Positions 29,749 through 39,317 are shown, counted from the first letter of the stretch. The stretch is DNA of 64,000 nt from Nannocystales bacterium (GCA_050633305.1 JBOEGF010000038.1:32001-96000); one strand, 5' to 3'. Numbers and translations: made by a program. The notes: generated from the sequence alone by a model not told the origin.

Positions 29749-30282
29749 TCACGCGGGGCGGTCTGGTCGACCCCCGGCTCGCGGCTCCAACGAGAAGTAG
29801 TGGGAGACACCCGCGCGCCAGTCCGCAAGGTTGTCAAGATCACCTGCCGCGTGGCAGTGGCGGGCGTACTCGTGTGCTTCCTTGGCCCAATCTGTGCTCA
29901 GCGAGCTCAGGTAGTCGAGCGTCTCGTCGACGCCTGCGCCGAACAGACAATGGATGTCGAACCCCGTGCCCAAGTCCATGTCGCGGGAGAACTTGGCTCG
30001 CGCAAGAAGCTCGACATCCTCGACGACGCCGAGGTCGAACAACAAGGCTCCACACAGATAGATATTCTCGAAGTGGTCGCCGTCGTCATCCAGGTCGTCG
30101 TCGTCGCGGAGTCGGTAGACGAGTTCCAGTTCGAAGAGCGCGCGCAACAGGGGACGGAGCTTCAGCGACAGTCGTCGGGCCGCGATCTGAAGGTACACGC
30201 GGTAGCGAACCGCAGGCGCGAGCTCCCGAACATCGGCAAGTTCGCCGCGTTCATACGCCTCGACAAGGGACTCCGGCTCCAC
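29749..30282 (-). CDS. Hypothetical helical protein
   Basis: Globular-looking sequence from GTG 30282 (ENIYLCGALLF.LG..ED..L..AK...MD...GFD...L.GAG..ETL.YL). Confidence 0.7.
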   Translation of the reverse strand: MEPESLVEAYERGELADVRELAPAVRYRVYLQIAARRLSLKLRPLLRALFELELVYRLRDDDDLDDDGDHFENIYLCGALLFDLGVVEDVELLARAKFSRDMDLGTGFDIHCLFGAGVDETLDYLSSLSTDWAKEAHEYARHCHAAGDLDNLADWRAGVSHYFSLEPRAGGRPDRPA

Positions 30283-30503
30283 GGCGAACCAGGATAGCCC
30301 AGCGCGACGCCGTCGCGAGCTCCACCGATCCACAGGTCCACTGCCCGCCGATGCGTTCCACCGTGCACGCGGCCCGTCCGCTTTCGCTGGGGGCACGGCC
30401 TCAGCGGCCCGATGTTCCCGACGGGTGGTCTCGGTTTCGGATCCTGGTGATCTCCCAGTCAGCGGTCGGCTGACGTGCTGGTTCAACCCGCACGCCGTCG
30501 CGT

Positions 30504-30944
30504 ATGGTCTCGTCCGTGCTGAAGTTCGACGCGGACGAAGCCGCGGATGCGCTGTTGACCGCGAAACCCGTGCTGCTGGAGAAACTCCGGGTGGCTTGCG
30601 ACGTCGACCCCGATGGAGCGCGCCGAGGAATACGTGAGGTCCTGCGGTTCCTTGCGTTGACCGGATTGTCCACCGAGGGCCTCACCCCGAGTCCGCGGAT
30701 CGACAACGCGTGGCACGAGGTCATTTTGTGCACCCGGGAATACAACGCGTTGTGCCAGCGGTACTTCGGCCGCTTCGTACACCACGACCCGGGCGGCTCC
30801 GGCGAACTCAACCATCGTCGGTTTCGCGAGACGCTGCGCCTGTACAATCTCCACTTCGGCCCGCCCGACCCCGTGTGGTGGGGCAAGGCGGCCGAACTCG
30901 CACCTCGAGCAGACTGTGGCGCCTGCGAAGCGCCACCCGCATGA
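30504..30944 (+). CDS. Glycine-rich-domain (GRDP/DUF1399-like) protein
   Basis: Signature PS..ID.AWH..IL.T..Y...C...FG.F.HH.P and T..LY...FG.P...WW; C-terminal ADCGAC. Confidence 0.8.
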   Translation: MVSSVLKFDADEAADALLTAKPVLLEKLRVACDVDPDGARRGIREVLRFLALTGLSTEGLTPSPRIDNAWHEVILCTREYNALCQRYFGRFVHHDPGGSGELNHRRFRETLRLYNLHFGPPDPVWWGKAAELAPRADCGACEAPPA

Positions 30945-30947
30945 ACC

Positions 30948-32093
30948 ATGTATTTCGCCTCCGAAATCTCCTTCGACCCCTCCGCCGCCACTGAGCTTCG
31001 CCGCGTCAAGCCGTCCAAGGCGTTCGCGAAATTCTTCTACTACATGACCGCGGGGCTGGCGGGCGAGCAGAAGGAGATCGAGACCTTCACGGCGGTCAGC
31101 GTTCTCCAGCAGGTCAACATCGCGCTGCGAAGCGTCGGGGTCACCAACATCGTTCGCCTCGCGAGGGACGGCAAAGACTTCTACTTCGACCGAAAAGGCC
31201 GCCCCGACGATCTTGCCGATGCGATGAAGACGTTCGAGATGGCCGAGGCCTCTCAGTTTTCTGGGAAGCCCTTCGAGACGATCACGTTGGTGCTCGAATA
31301 CGAGGATGCCGCGCTCAAGTATCTGGTGCAGATCGAAATCACCCGCACCCACGCGCCGGGCGAGCACCCCGTGGTGCTGAAGATCAACGGAGCCTTGCGG
31401 ACCCCGGCGTCTGCTGTCGACGCCAACACGGCGAAGAAGCAGCTCGGCTCACTGTTCGCCAGCCAGGCCGCCCACAACACCTACGTTGCCGAGCGACGAA
31501 GTGCATTTGATGCATTCGTTCATCAGGTCAAGGGAGCCTTGGCGCGGCACATCGGTGTGGATGACATCGCGGAGACCTTCCACACCAAGCTGCTCCGGCC
31601 TTCGCGTCGGCGGAGCTCGGCCGACGACCAGATCGACTACGACAGCGATTGGGGCGGTCACTCCGATCCTCTTTTCGGGGGTTACCACGGGTTCGGCGAC
31701 GTGTTCTTCCACGCGTGGCTGTGGTCGGAGCTGATGCACGATCACGGGGTGCATGCCCAACAAGTGACCTTGGTCGACGAGTCGGGGCACGACGTGTTGC
31801 TGCTGGGGGAGCAGGGGATCGACCCCTCCTCGTCCTCCGCTCTCGATCCCGACAGCGCAATGGAGGTCCCCGCCGACCCGGATGCTGTGGTGTTCGACGG
31901 ACACGACTACTCGAGTGACATCTGCGAACCCACCACGAGCACGGGAGTTTTCGACTCCGGCAGCGACTCGGGCGGCTGGCTCGATGGGATGTTCGATGGC
32001 GGGGGGTCCGACAGTGGGTCGGATTCGTCGAGCTGCGGCTCGAGTTGCGGCTCGAGTTGTGGATCGAGTTGCGGGGGCTGCGGCGGGGATTGA
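30948..32093 (+). CDS. Hypothetical protein with acidic region and (SSCG)4-GCGGD tail
   Basis: Starts 3 bp after the DUF1399-like gene; ends SSCGSSCGSSCGSSCGGCGGD, encoded by a 12-bp tandem repeat. Confidence 0.8.
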   Translation: MYFASEISFDPSAATELRRVKPSKAFAKFFYYMTAGLAGEQKEIETFTAVSVLQQVNIALRSVGVTNIVRLARDGKDFYFDRKGRPDDLADAMKTFEMAEASQFSGKPFETITLVLEYEDAALKYLVQIEITRTHAPGEHPVVLKINGALRTPASAVDANTAKKQLGSLFASQAAHNTYVAERRSAFDAFVHQVKGALARHIGVDDIAETFHTKLLRPSRRRSSADDQIDYDSDWGGHSDPLFGGYHGFGDVFFHAWLWSELMHDHGVHAQQVTLVDESGHDVLLLGEQGIDPSSSSALDPDSAMEVPADPDAVVFDGHDYSSDICEPTTSTGVFDSGSDSGGWLDGMFDGGGSDSGSDSSSCGSSCGSSCGSSCGGCGGD

Positions 32094-32258
32094 TGTCCCC
32101 TCGTATTGTTCAGCGCCCCGGGGCAGGAACCCGTTGTTGTCACATCCGCTCCGACGGCGAGGGACCGTCCGCGGGTTCCACGCCATAGCGCACGATTTTT
32201 TTCCCGTCTGCCGCAAGGATCTTAGGGGCTCGGCCCAATCCCCTCTCGAAGTCCTTCG

Positions 32259-32762
32259 ATGACGCTCGCCGACCTCTACGAAGCCCAGCTCGACTGGGTC
32301 ATCGCAACCCTGCGCCGGCTCGGCGTGCGGGATGCGGAGGTCGACGACGCTGCGCACGAGCTGTTTCTCGTCGTCCATCGCAAGCTCCACACCTTCGACA
32401 CCACCCGGCCGCTTCGTCCGTGGCTGTTTGGCATCGCCTATCGCGTCGCAAGAGATCATCTTCGGCGCGGTTCGGCGCGGCTGAGGCTGGTGGAATCCGT
32501 GGAGCTTGAACAGGGTGTGGACCTCGAGTCGCAGGCGGGGGCCCGGCACCAACTCGCGCGAGTCCAGCAGGCACTGGACACCCTGGACTACGAACGTCGC
32601 GCCACATTCGTGATGTACGAGCTCGACGGGTTTTCTGTCCCTCAGATCTCCGAGGTCCTTGGGTGCCCGCCCAACACGCTCTACTCCCATCTGCGCAGAG
32701 CCAGGAAGCTCGTGCATGCCCACCTTGCCTCGGCGGAAGAGAGCCAACATGAGCACGGATGA
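32259..32762 (+). CDS. ECF-family RNA polymerase sigma factor
   Basis: LRRLGV..AEVDD..HE.F, WLFGIA, sigma4 YELDGFS..QISEVLG.P.NT.YS.LRRAR. Confidence 0.92.
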   Translation: MTLADLYEAQLDWVIATLRRLGVRDAEVDDAAHELFLVVHRKLHTFDTTRPLRPWLFGIAYRVARDHLRRGSARLRLVESVELEQGVDLESQAGARHQLARVQQALDTLDYERRATFVMYELDGFSVPQISEVLGCPPNTLYSHLRRARKLVHAHLASAEESQHEHG

Positions 32763-34119
32763 ACTCGAGCCCATCGACCCCGCGCTCGCGCAAATGCTCA
32801 ATCCCGCTCGCGAGGTCGAGCCTGTCGAGGATGCTCGCCGTCAACGGATCCGGCGCCGCCTGGAGGCCGAGGCCGGCGCTCTCGATACGCCGCCGTCGAG
32901 GCCGCGTCGGTGGATCCTGGGGGTCGCGCTCGCGGCAGCTGCCGTCGCGACCTTGTTCCTGGCGAGTCGAAGCCTGAGAGCCACCGACACGGGAAGCGCT
33001 CAGAGCATCGCTGAGCGTCGCACGGTGAGGACCGGAGACCGGAGCGTCGCGGTGCTCGAACCAGGATCCGACATCACCTGGGCCGTCGACGCCAGCGGAG
33101 CCGCCGTCGACCAAGCTCGGGGCCGGGTCTTCTACCGAGTCGAACCGGGTGACCCGTTCGTCGTTCGCACGCCGACCGCTGATGTGCGGGTCACCGGCAC
33201 CAGTTTCGAAGTCGAGATCATCATGAACACGCAGAAGCAACGCCTCCGATCCATGTCTCTTGGTGCCGCACTGGCCACCGTCACAGTCGTCACCGTGTAC
33301 GAGGGCCGCGTCGTGCTTGCCAACGAGCATGGCAGCACCGAGGTCGACGCGGGACGCGTCGCGCATGCCGATGCAGCCCATGCTCCGTCCTCGACGCGTT
33401 CCCGCACTTCCGACAAAGTCGTCCTTGGACAGTCGAGCCGACGTGCGAAGGCCCAGCCTGTCGCCGACACTGTGTTGGTCTCCGATCTCCGGGCGCGGGT
33501 CCGGCAGTTGGAGGCCGAACTGGAAACCGCGCAGGCCTCGGCCGAGAACCACGATGATGGGATCAGCGCGGACGAGAACCGAGAGTTCCTGCAGAAGATG
33601 TACAACCCGACGCCGGAGCAGCTCCGCCAAGCTGCCGAGAACTGCGAACTCTCGTTCGGCGTGCCTGCGACGCTCCCATCGGGGGAATACGTCACCGACG
33701 CCAAGGTCGAGAAGCTCGGCCTGACGTCGCAGGAAACGGCTGCGATGAGTCAGGCTCTCGACGCCGCGAGCGAGCGGGGCAGAGACCGACTCCAAGCGAT
33801 CTACATTGACGCGACCGGCGACGAGGAGGGGGCCGCTGGGCTCTCCGTGGGTGCAATGCAGGCCGAGATCCTCAACAAAGCCGTACCCAGCGACCTCATC
33901 GAATCCAGGCAGCTCATCGCCAAAGAGCGCGCGGGCATGTTGGATGCACCAGCCGCCGGCGAAGGCAGCCCTGTCGAACGCTACTACCGCAACGAGCTCC
34001 AGCGGGCAGCCGACGCATACACGGCGGTGTCCGATGCGGTGGGAGAAGATCGTGTGTACGACGTCCTGAGCGGGCTTCGGATGAGCATGGCCAACTACAG
34101 CGACTGTCGCGAGGAGTAG
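32749..34119 (+). CDS. FecR-domain anti-sigma factor
   Basis: Overlaps the sigma gene; single TM helix; FecR motifs G.VFYRV..G.PF.V.TP...V.VTGT.F.V and V.VYEG.V. Confidence 0.88.
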   Translation: MSTDELEPIDPALAQMLNPAREVEPVEDARRQRIRRRLEAEAGALDTPPSRPRRWILGVALAAAAVATLFLASRSLRATDTGSAQSIAERRTVRTGDRSVAVLEPGSDITWAVDASGAAVDQARGRVFYRVEPGDPFVVRTPTADVRVTGTSFEVEIIMNTQKQRLRSMSLGAALATVTVVTVYEGRVVLANEHGSTEVDAGRVAHADAAHAPSSTRSRTSDKVVLGQSSRRAKAQPVADTVLVSDLRARVRQLEAELETAQASAENHDDGISADENREFLQKMYNPTPEQLRQAAENCELSFGVPATLPSGEYVTDAKVEKLGLTSQETAAMSQALDAASERGRDRLQAIYIDATGDEEGAAGLSVGAMQAEILNKAVPSDLIESRQLIAKERAGMLDAPAAGEGSPVERYYRNELQRAADAYTAVSDAVGEDRVYDVLSGLRMSMANYSDCREE

Positions 34120-34229
34120 TTCCCAGCCGCAATCGACCTGCGGGTACGTCAAGCGCCGCATCGGGAGCAGCGTTTTTGTCCCGTTCCGTGGAGTCGTAGG
34201 TGTGGAAGTCGCCAAACCCCGCGTCGTCC

Positions 34230-35030
34230 TCAAGCCCCCGATACGGCCGCGAGTACCTGCTCGAGCGCGTGCTCGGGAACCGTGGCTTGGCGATCGCGTC
34301 GGTAGTAGGCGGCCAAGCTCGCCGCGCCGTCGAGGGTCTTGGTCAGCGCGGCAACCGAGACCTGCATCGCGTCGTCGGGGTGCAGCCGTCCCAACGCTCG
34401 GGCACGGGGCAGACGTCTGCTGCAGCGACAGGCAGCGTCGGCGTTGGCGACACCGCAGTTCGTATTCAGATGGTCCCGAACCCGGGCTCGGGCGCGACTG
34501 AGACGTTTGCGGAACGTCGGGCCGGGGACGTCGCAGACGACCGCAGCATCGCTGGGTTCGAATCCCATGATCTCGACCAAGACGTAGGCCACGCGATGGT
34601 CGCCGTCGAGACACTGCAGCAACGCTCGGCCGCACCCGACCTTGACCTGCTGCAGATACACGCGGTCCTCGGGGCGGGGGGCCGATGCATCCTCCATGCC
34701 CTTGCCGAGGTCCTCGGCGAACGCGTCGAAGGAGAGTCGCGCCTGGCGGGCCACCCCGCGGCGGAAGTCGAGGAACGAACGCACGGCCAGGGTCCATGCC
34801 CACGTCGAGAACTTGGACTCGGCGCGGTAGGTAGACAGCCGAGTCACGATACGGAGCAGACACTCCTGTAGTGCATCGGCAGCGTCGTCACGGTTGCCGA
34901 GCATCCGAAGGGCGAGGCCGTGCAGCCCCGGCTGGAGGGTGCTCAACAGGGTCCGCATGGACGCGGTGTCTCCATCGACGGCTTGCGCGACGAGGGCGTG
35001 GGTGACCGCGGAGAAGTCAGGCGGGGACAC
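34230..35030 (-). CDS. ECF sigma factor with Cys-rich C-terminal extension
   Basis: ALRMLGNRDDAADALQE, SKFSTW, sigma4 FRKRLSRAR; CGRALLQC and NCG...ACRC. Start GTG 35030 overlaps the upstream gene. Confidence 0.9.
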   Translation of the reverse strand: MSPPDFSAVTHALVAQAVDGDTASMRTLLSTLQPGLHGLALRMLGNRDDAADALQECLLRIVTRLSTYRAESKFSTWAWTLAVRSFLDFRRGVARQARLSFDAFAEDLGKGMEDASAPRPEDRVYLQQVKVGCGRALLQCLDGDHRVAYVLVEIMGFEPSDAAVVCDVPGPTFRKRLSRARARVRDHLNTNCGVANADAACRCSRRLPRARALGRLHPDDAMQVSVAALTKTLDGAASLAAYYRRDRQATVPEHALEQVLAAVSGA

Positions 35031-35433
35031 GTTGCGCTCCGAGAACCGTGTGACACGCCCACGCGGCGAAGGCGACAGCGAGGGCGTCTGCGACCCCGGA
35101 TACGAGCATGGCGAGCGCATCGAGACGAGACCACCCAGCCGTCACGAGATGGTCGCCAACGAAGACGACGAGACCGAGCACGAGGCCTCGGCGGACCGCG
35201 ATCGCCACGCCGGCGGGAGGGGCAATGCGTTGCAGCCACACGAGGCCCGCCGCGACCACCGCGTAGCCAGCAAGCAGCGCGGGCATGAGCAGGCCGTCGG
35301 TGTTCGGATCCCGGATGTGCGCCCCGAATCTGGGCGCAATGAAGGGGCCCATCGCCATCGCGACAAGGGTACCGACGACGAGACAGGCGACAAAACCCGC
35401 GAGCACAGCCAGGAGAACGCGTTTGTGGAGCAT
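35017..35433 (-). CDS. Four-TM membrane protein co-transcribed with the ECF sigma
   Basis: Four hydrophobic helices from MLHKRVLL; overlaps the sigma start. Confidence 0.75.
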   Translation of the reverse strand: MLHKRVLLAVLAGFVACLVVGTLVAMAMGPFIAPRFGAHIRDPNTDGLLMPALLAGYAVVAAGLVWLQRIAPPAGVAIAVRRGLVLGLVVFVGDHLVTAGWSRLDALAMLVSGVADALAVAFAAWACHTVLGAQRVPA

Positions 35434-35437
35434 GTCT

Positions 35438-35512
35438 GATGAGACGTCCGGACCCACGCCGGCGTGACCGGAAAAAACGCGGTCACGTCGGGAACAGACA
35501 GATCGTCTCATC
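35438..35512. promoter_or_regulatory. Back-to-back identical ECF-type promoters GGTCACG-N16-CGTCTCATC
   Basis: Plus strand 35481-35487 / 35504-35512; minus strand 35469-35463 / 35446-35438. Each ends 4 nt before an ATG. Confidence 0.8.
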
Positions 35513-35516
35513 GACC

Positions 35517-35822
35517 ATGACGACATTCACCGAAATCATCGCGTACCGCATCGACCCGGCGAAGCTCGGCGACTTCGAGGCGATCAAACAGACCTTGATC
35601 CGTGAGGCGGGGACGATCCCCGGGCTGCTCTCCTCCACCACAAGCGTGTCGGCAGGCGACGAGGCGCTGTTCGTCGACACGATGGTCTGGAGCAGCCCGG
35701 AGGCCGCCCGAGAGGGCCGTTCCGCGTTCGAGGCTCTTCCCACGACTCCGGAGTTCCTCGGCATGATGGTGGGGCCGCCCGAGTTCGCAGGTCTGTTCCG
35801 GCACGGTCGGTCACCGTCCTAG
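35517..35822 (+). CDS. Antibiotic-biosynthesis-monooxygenase-like (dimeric alpha-beta barrel) protein
   Basis: EIIAYRI..., PGLLS......FVD.MVW.S.EAA pattern; 101 aa. Confidence 0.75.
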   Translation: MTTFTEIIAYRIDPAKLGDFEAIKQTLIREAGTIPGLLSSTTSVSAGDEALFVDTMVWSSPEAAREGRSAFEALPTTPEFLGMMVGPPEFAGLFRHGRSPS

Positions 35823-35850
35823 GTGCTGTTCGCTACGGCGACATCCGAGT

Positions 35851-37851
35851 TCACGCCGACTGGGCTGTGCCCACGGTGTTGGCTGCGGACTGCTCCGACT
35901 GCAGAGGCAGGGCAAGGACGAACCGCGTGAACTGGCCAAGCTCGGTATCGATGTGAATGGTGCCCCCGAGTGAGGTGACCAGTTCGAGGACGGCGGATGT
36001 TCCAACGCCGCGCCCCGAGAGTTCGCTGACCTCGTCGCGGGAGGTCACCCCGTCCGAGAACAGCCAAGCGACCCGTTCTGTGTCGGTGGTCAGGGTTCGG
36101 CCTTGCTCTCGTGCCTTGGCCTCGAGTTTGCCCCAGTCGATGCCTGCACCGTCGTCACGAACCTCGAGCTGGACGGTCTGCGCAACACGCTCGGCGAGGA
36201 GGGTGAGCTTGCCTGGCCCGGACTTCCCTGCCGCACCACGGTCCTGTTCGAGTCCATGGTCGACGGCGTTGCGCACCAGGTGGACCATCGACGTCCACAG
36301 CTCTCGCCAAGCTTGGGTTGGGGGCGTTCGGACGCCCTCGCTCTCGACGGAAACCTCGATCGACTTGTCCAACTGCTGCGCGAGACGCTTGGCCTGGTCG
36401 CCAAGGTGGCCCATCCGATTCCCCGCATCGTCCCAGGTCCACGACTCCATCTTGGCCGCCACCTGGTCGCGTGATTCCCCGGACACCACGAGGTGAATCG
36501 TGTTGTCGAGTTCGGCGGCGGGAACGCGGATGGTGTTCTCCTCCTCTGTACCAACGATCTCCGAGATGCGGCTCTCGATGCGGGTCCACTGCTCGTCGAG
36601 CTCCGCTCGCTCGGCAGCGTTGGGCTCACGCCGTTCGTCCTCGACACGCGTTTCCAGGACGTGAAGCGAGCGAGCAAGACGTCCCAGTCCCATGACGGCC
36701 GAGTTGCCCTTGAGCGTGTGGATCCAGCGGCGCTCCTGCACCGCGGTGCCTTCGCGAGACTGCAGAGCGTCGACGATTCGTCGAGCATCGGCCGCAAAGT
36801 CTTGCACCTGCTGTCGACTGCGACCGATGCGAGCGAGGATGTTGACGAGCTCTTCTTGTTCGCGGCGTTCTTCCTCGGCCTGCATCTGCGCCGTGACGTC
36901 GGTCGCCACGAACATGACCTCGCCGTCGTCGCCAGCGGGGCTCCACTGGAGCTGGAGCACTTGGCCGTCGGTCTCGAGACGAGTCGGGAGCTGGTCGAGG
37001 GCGACCTCGACCGGCAGCCAACCTGAGGTGACCTGATCCCATCCAACCTCGACCATGTCGGCGAGTCGATTGTCCTGAGTCCGTAGGACGTCCCAGACGT
37101 TCGCGTCGTCCGCCGGGGCTCCAAACCATCGTTCCAGAGCTGCCGACCGAGCGGGCTGTAGAGAACCGTCGCCTCGAACGAGGACCAAGCCTTCGCCGAC
37201 GTTGTCCAGCACGGCGCGGGCGTGTTTGTGAGCGCGGGTCGCTTCATCTCGGGCCTCGCAGAGCTTCTCCATCGCCTCTTCGCGGGACAGTTCGTAGCTC
37301 CACACGAAGGAGAACGCGCAGGCGATGAGTCCGGCGGGCGCGGCGTAGTCGAAGAGAGAACGGAAGGCGACAGGCATCCCGTTAGGCGTCTCGTACCCGG
37401 TGAGATGGAGTCCATACAGCACAGTCATCCAGGTCAGGGTGACGCCTGCCCAGACGAGCCCAGTGCGTCGACCGTTGAGCAGCGCCCCGAGCATCGGGAC
37501 GACGAGGAACCACGCGATCGCGACCGATTGAAGCCCGCCGGTCGCCCACGTGACGCCGAACAGGGCGATGAACGCGGCGCCCGCCAGAGCATGTGCAGCG
37601 GCAGGCACGTTCGGTCGGTACTTGAAACCGAGCGCGATGCCGATCGCGAGCGCGATGGTGAGCCCCACCGCGACGACCGGTAGCCACATTTGCATGATCA
37701 CGTACAGAATCTCGTACGTCATCGCGGCACCGGCCACGATCAACGACAGGAGCACCACGAGCCGACCCGAGCGGGCTTCATCGGGAGTCCCATCTCGCAG
37801 CGGATTGAGTTGTTGGAACCAGCTTTCGGAATCGGTATCGGGGGTCGACAT
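35851..37851 (-). CDS. Membrane-bound CheA-like histidine kinase (multi-TM, PAS-like, Hpt, HATPase)
   Basis: About six TM helices; Hpt HTLKGNS; HLVRNAVDHG, DDGAGID, SGRGVG; no CheW-like domain. Confidence 0.88.
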   Translation of the reverse strand: MSTPDTDSESWFQQLNPLRDGTPDEARSGRLVVLLSLIVAGAAMTYEILYVIMQMWLPVVAVGLTIALAIGIALGFKYRPNVPAAAHALAGAAFIALFGVTWATGGLQSVAIAWFLVVPMLGALLNGRRTGLVWAGVTLTWMTVLYGLHLTGYETPNGMPVAFRSLFDYAAPAGLIACAFSFVWSYELSREEAMEKLCEARDEATRAHKHARAVLDNVGEGLVLVRGDGSLQPARSAALERWFGAPADDANVWDVLRTQDNRLADMVEVGWDQVTSGWLPVEVALDQLPTRLETDGQVLQLQWSPAGDDGEVMFVATDVTAQMQAEEERREQEELVNILARIGRSRQQVQDFAADARRIVDALQSREGTAVQERRWIHTLKGNSAVMGLGRLARSLHVLETRVEDERREPNAAERAELDEQWTRIESRISEIVGTEEENTIRVPAAELDNTIHLVVSGESRDQVAAKMESWTWDDAGNRMGHLGDQAKRLAQQLDKSIEVSVESEGVRTPPTQAWRELWTSMVHLVRNAVDHGLEQDRGAAGKSGPGKLTLLAERVAQTVQLEVRDDGAGIDWGKLEAKAREQGRTLTTDTERVAWLFSDGVTSRDEVSELSGRGVGTSAVLELVTSLGGTIHIDTELGQFTRFVLALPLQSEQSAANTVGTAQSA

Positions 37852-38081
37852 GTCCGGAATTCCCAGGTTGCATCGCACCGGGAGCGGGCCCGCTTGAGCC
37901 CCTATGGGGGCCGCACGGCACAAACACGAACACAAGGCTGCGGACGCAACCCGCGCGGGAAGCGCTGGGGCCGCTCCGTGGCAGTTGCCGTCTGGGAGGT
38001 CGATCTTGGACCGTTGGCGCCATCTGAAAAGAATCTTCTCCCAGACCCGAGTGAACGCGGCGCGGTCGACACTATAGGAGC

Positions 38082-39317
38082 ATGGATGGCTTTACGAACA
38101 TGAAGGCAGTGTTGATCCCTGCGGTGGCGTGCGTGGTGGCATGCGGCCCGAGCAGCGCAGACGAGACGGATTCGGGCGACGCCAGCACCACCGCTGGAGC
38201 GGAGACCAGTTCCACGACCGATACGACTCCTCCGCCGGGCACGAGCAGCTCGTCGTCGGGCGATGGAACATCGAGCGGAAGCTCGTCGGGAAGTTCTTCG
38301 GGTAGCTCTTCGGGTAGCGACTCCTCGGGCAGCGACTCTTCATCCACCGGAGAGCCGCCGCTTCCGAATCCATGCGGGGAGCCGGGCGACCTGACTGAGC
38401 TTTGGCGCGTGGCGGATGGGGACCGCGAGCGGGGCGAGTCCGTATCGGTCTCTGGTGAGCAAGTCGTGTGGGTCGCCACTGGATTCGGCGGGAGCACGCA
38501 GATCCGCGCTCACGATCTCGAGGGGGTGGAGTTGTGGTCTGCCGAGACATCGACGGATCTGGGAGAAGGGGGGCTCCGACTCCACAGTGTTGCTGCCGGA
38601 CCACTCACGGTCTTCGCGGGGACGGAGGACTACTCCACCGCCCGAATGATGGGACTCGATGGGAAGGGGGAGGTGGTCTTCGAGCATGTCTTCAAGGAAA
38701 TCGAACATGCCGGCGGAGTCGCGATCGGAAGCGACGGCAGCCTCCTGTTCGCAGGCAGCGACCAGGACCTGCGCTTCCGAACCTTCGACGAGCAAGGGCT
38801 GCAACTCTTCTCAGACTCGTATGACCACGGGGGCGACGAGTTCGTGGCGGATGCGACGCCAGACCCCGATGGCGGCTACTTTCTCGCGGCGCACAGCAAC
38901 AACAACGGGACGCCCCTGTTGGTCCGGCTGAGCTCTGATGGCGCCGTGGAGTGGGTCGCCCCGGTCGCGGGTCGGGAGGGCGCACAAGGTGTCGCTGCGG
39001 ATGGGGCGGGAGGCGCGTGGCTTGCGTTGGACACCGAGCTTGGGAACGGAGGGGCGCTCGACCACTATGACGCCGACGGGAACGTCATCGACACGATCGA
39101 ACTCGGTTTCTTCGCTCAACAAGTCGCGATCGGGCCCAGTGGCGATCTTGCGGTGTTGGGACGAGACCGCGTACAGCGTCGCAGCCTCGACGGTGACGTG
39201 ATCGCCTCCGCCGTGATCGAAGGCTATTGGGGACTGGACATGGAGATCGACGCTGCCTGCGACGTCTATGTCTCGGGCAGCGATGAAACCGGAGCATTCC
39301 TGGTCAAGCTCGACTGA
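38082..39317 (+). CDS. Beta-propeller lipoprotein
   Basis: Lipobox VVAC, Ser/Gly linker, repeated D..G...W blades. Alternative start 38100. Confidence 0.8.
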   Translation: MDGFTNMKAVLIPAVACVVACGPSSADETDSGDASTTAGAETSSTTDTTPPPGTSSSSSGDGTSSGSSSGSSSGSSSGSDSSGSDSSSTGEPPLPNPCGEPGDLTELWRVADGDRERGESVSVSGEQVVWVATGFGGSTQIRAHDLEGVELWSAETSTDLGEGGLRLHSVAAGPLTVFAGTEDYSTARMMGLDGKGEVVFEHVFKEIEHAGGVAIGSDGSLLFAGSDQDLRFRTFDEQGLQLFSDSYDHGGDEFVADATPDPDGGYFLAAHSNNNGTPLLVRLSSDGAVEWVAPVAGREGAQGVAADGAGGAWLALDTELGNGGALDHYDADGNVIDTIELGFFAQQVAIGPSGDLAVLGRDRVQRRSLDGDVIASAVIEGYWGLDMEIDAACDVYVSGSDETGAFLVKLD

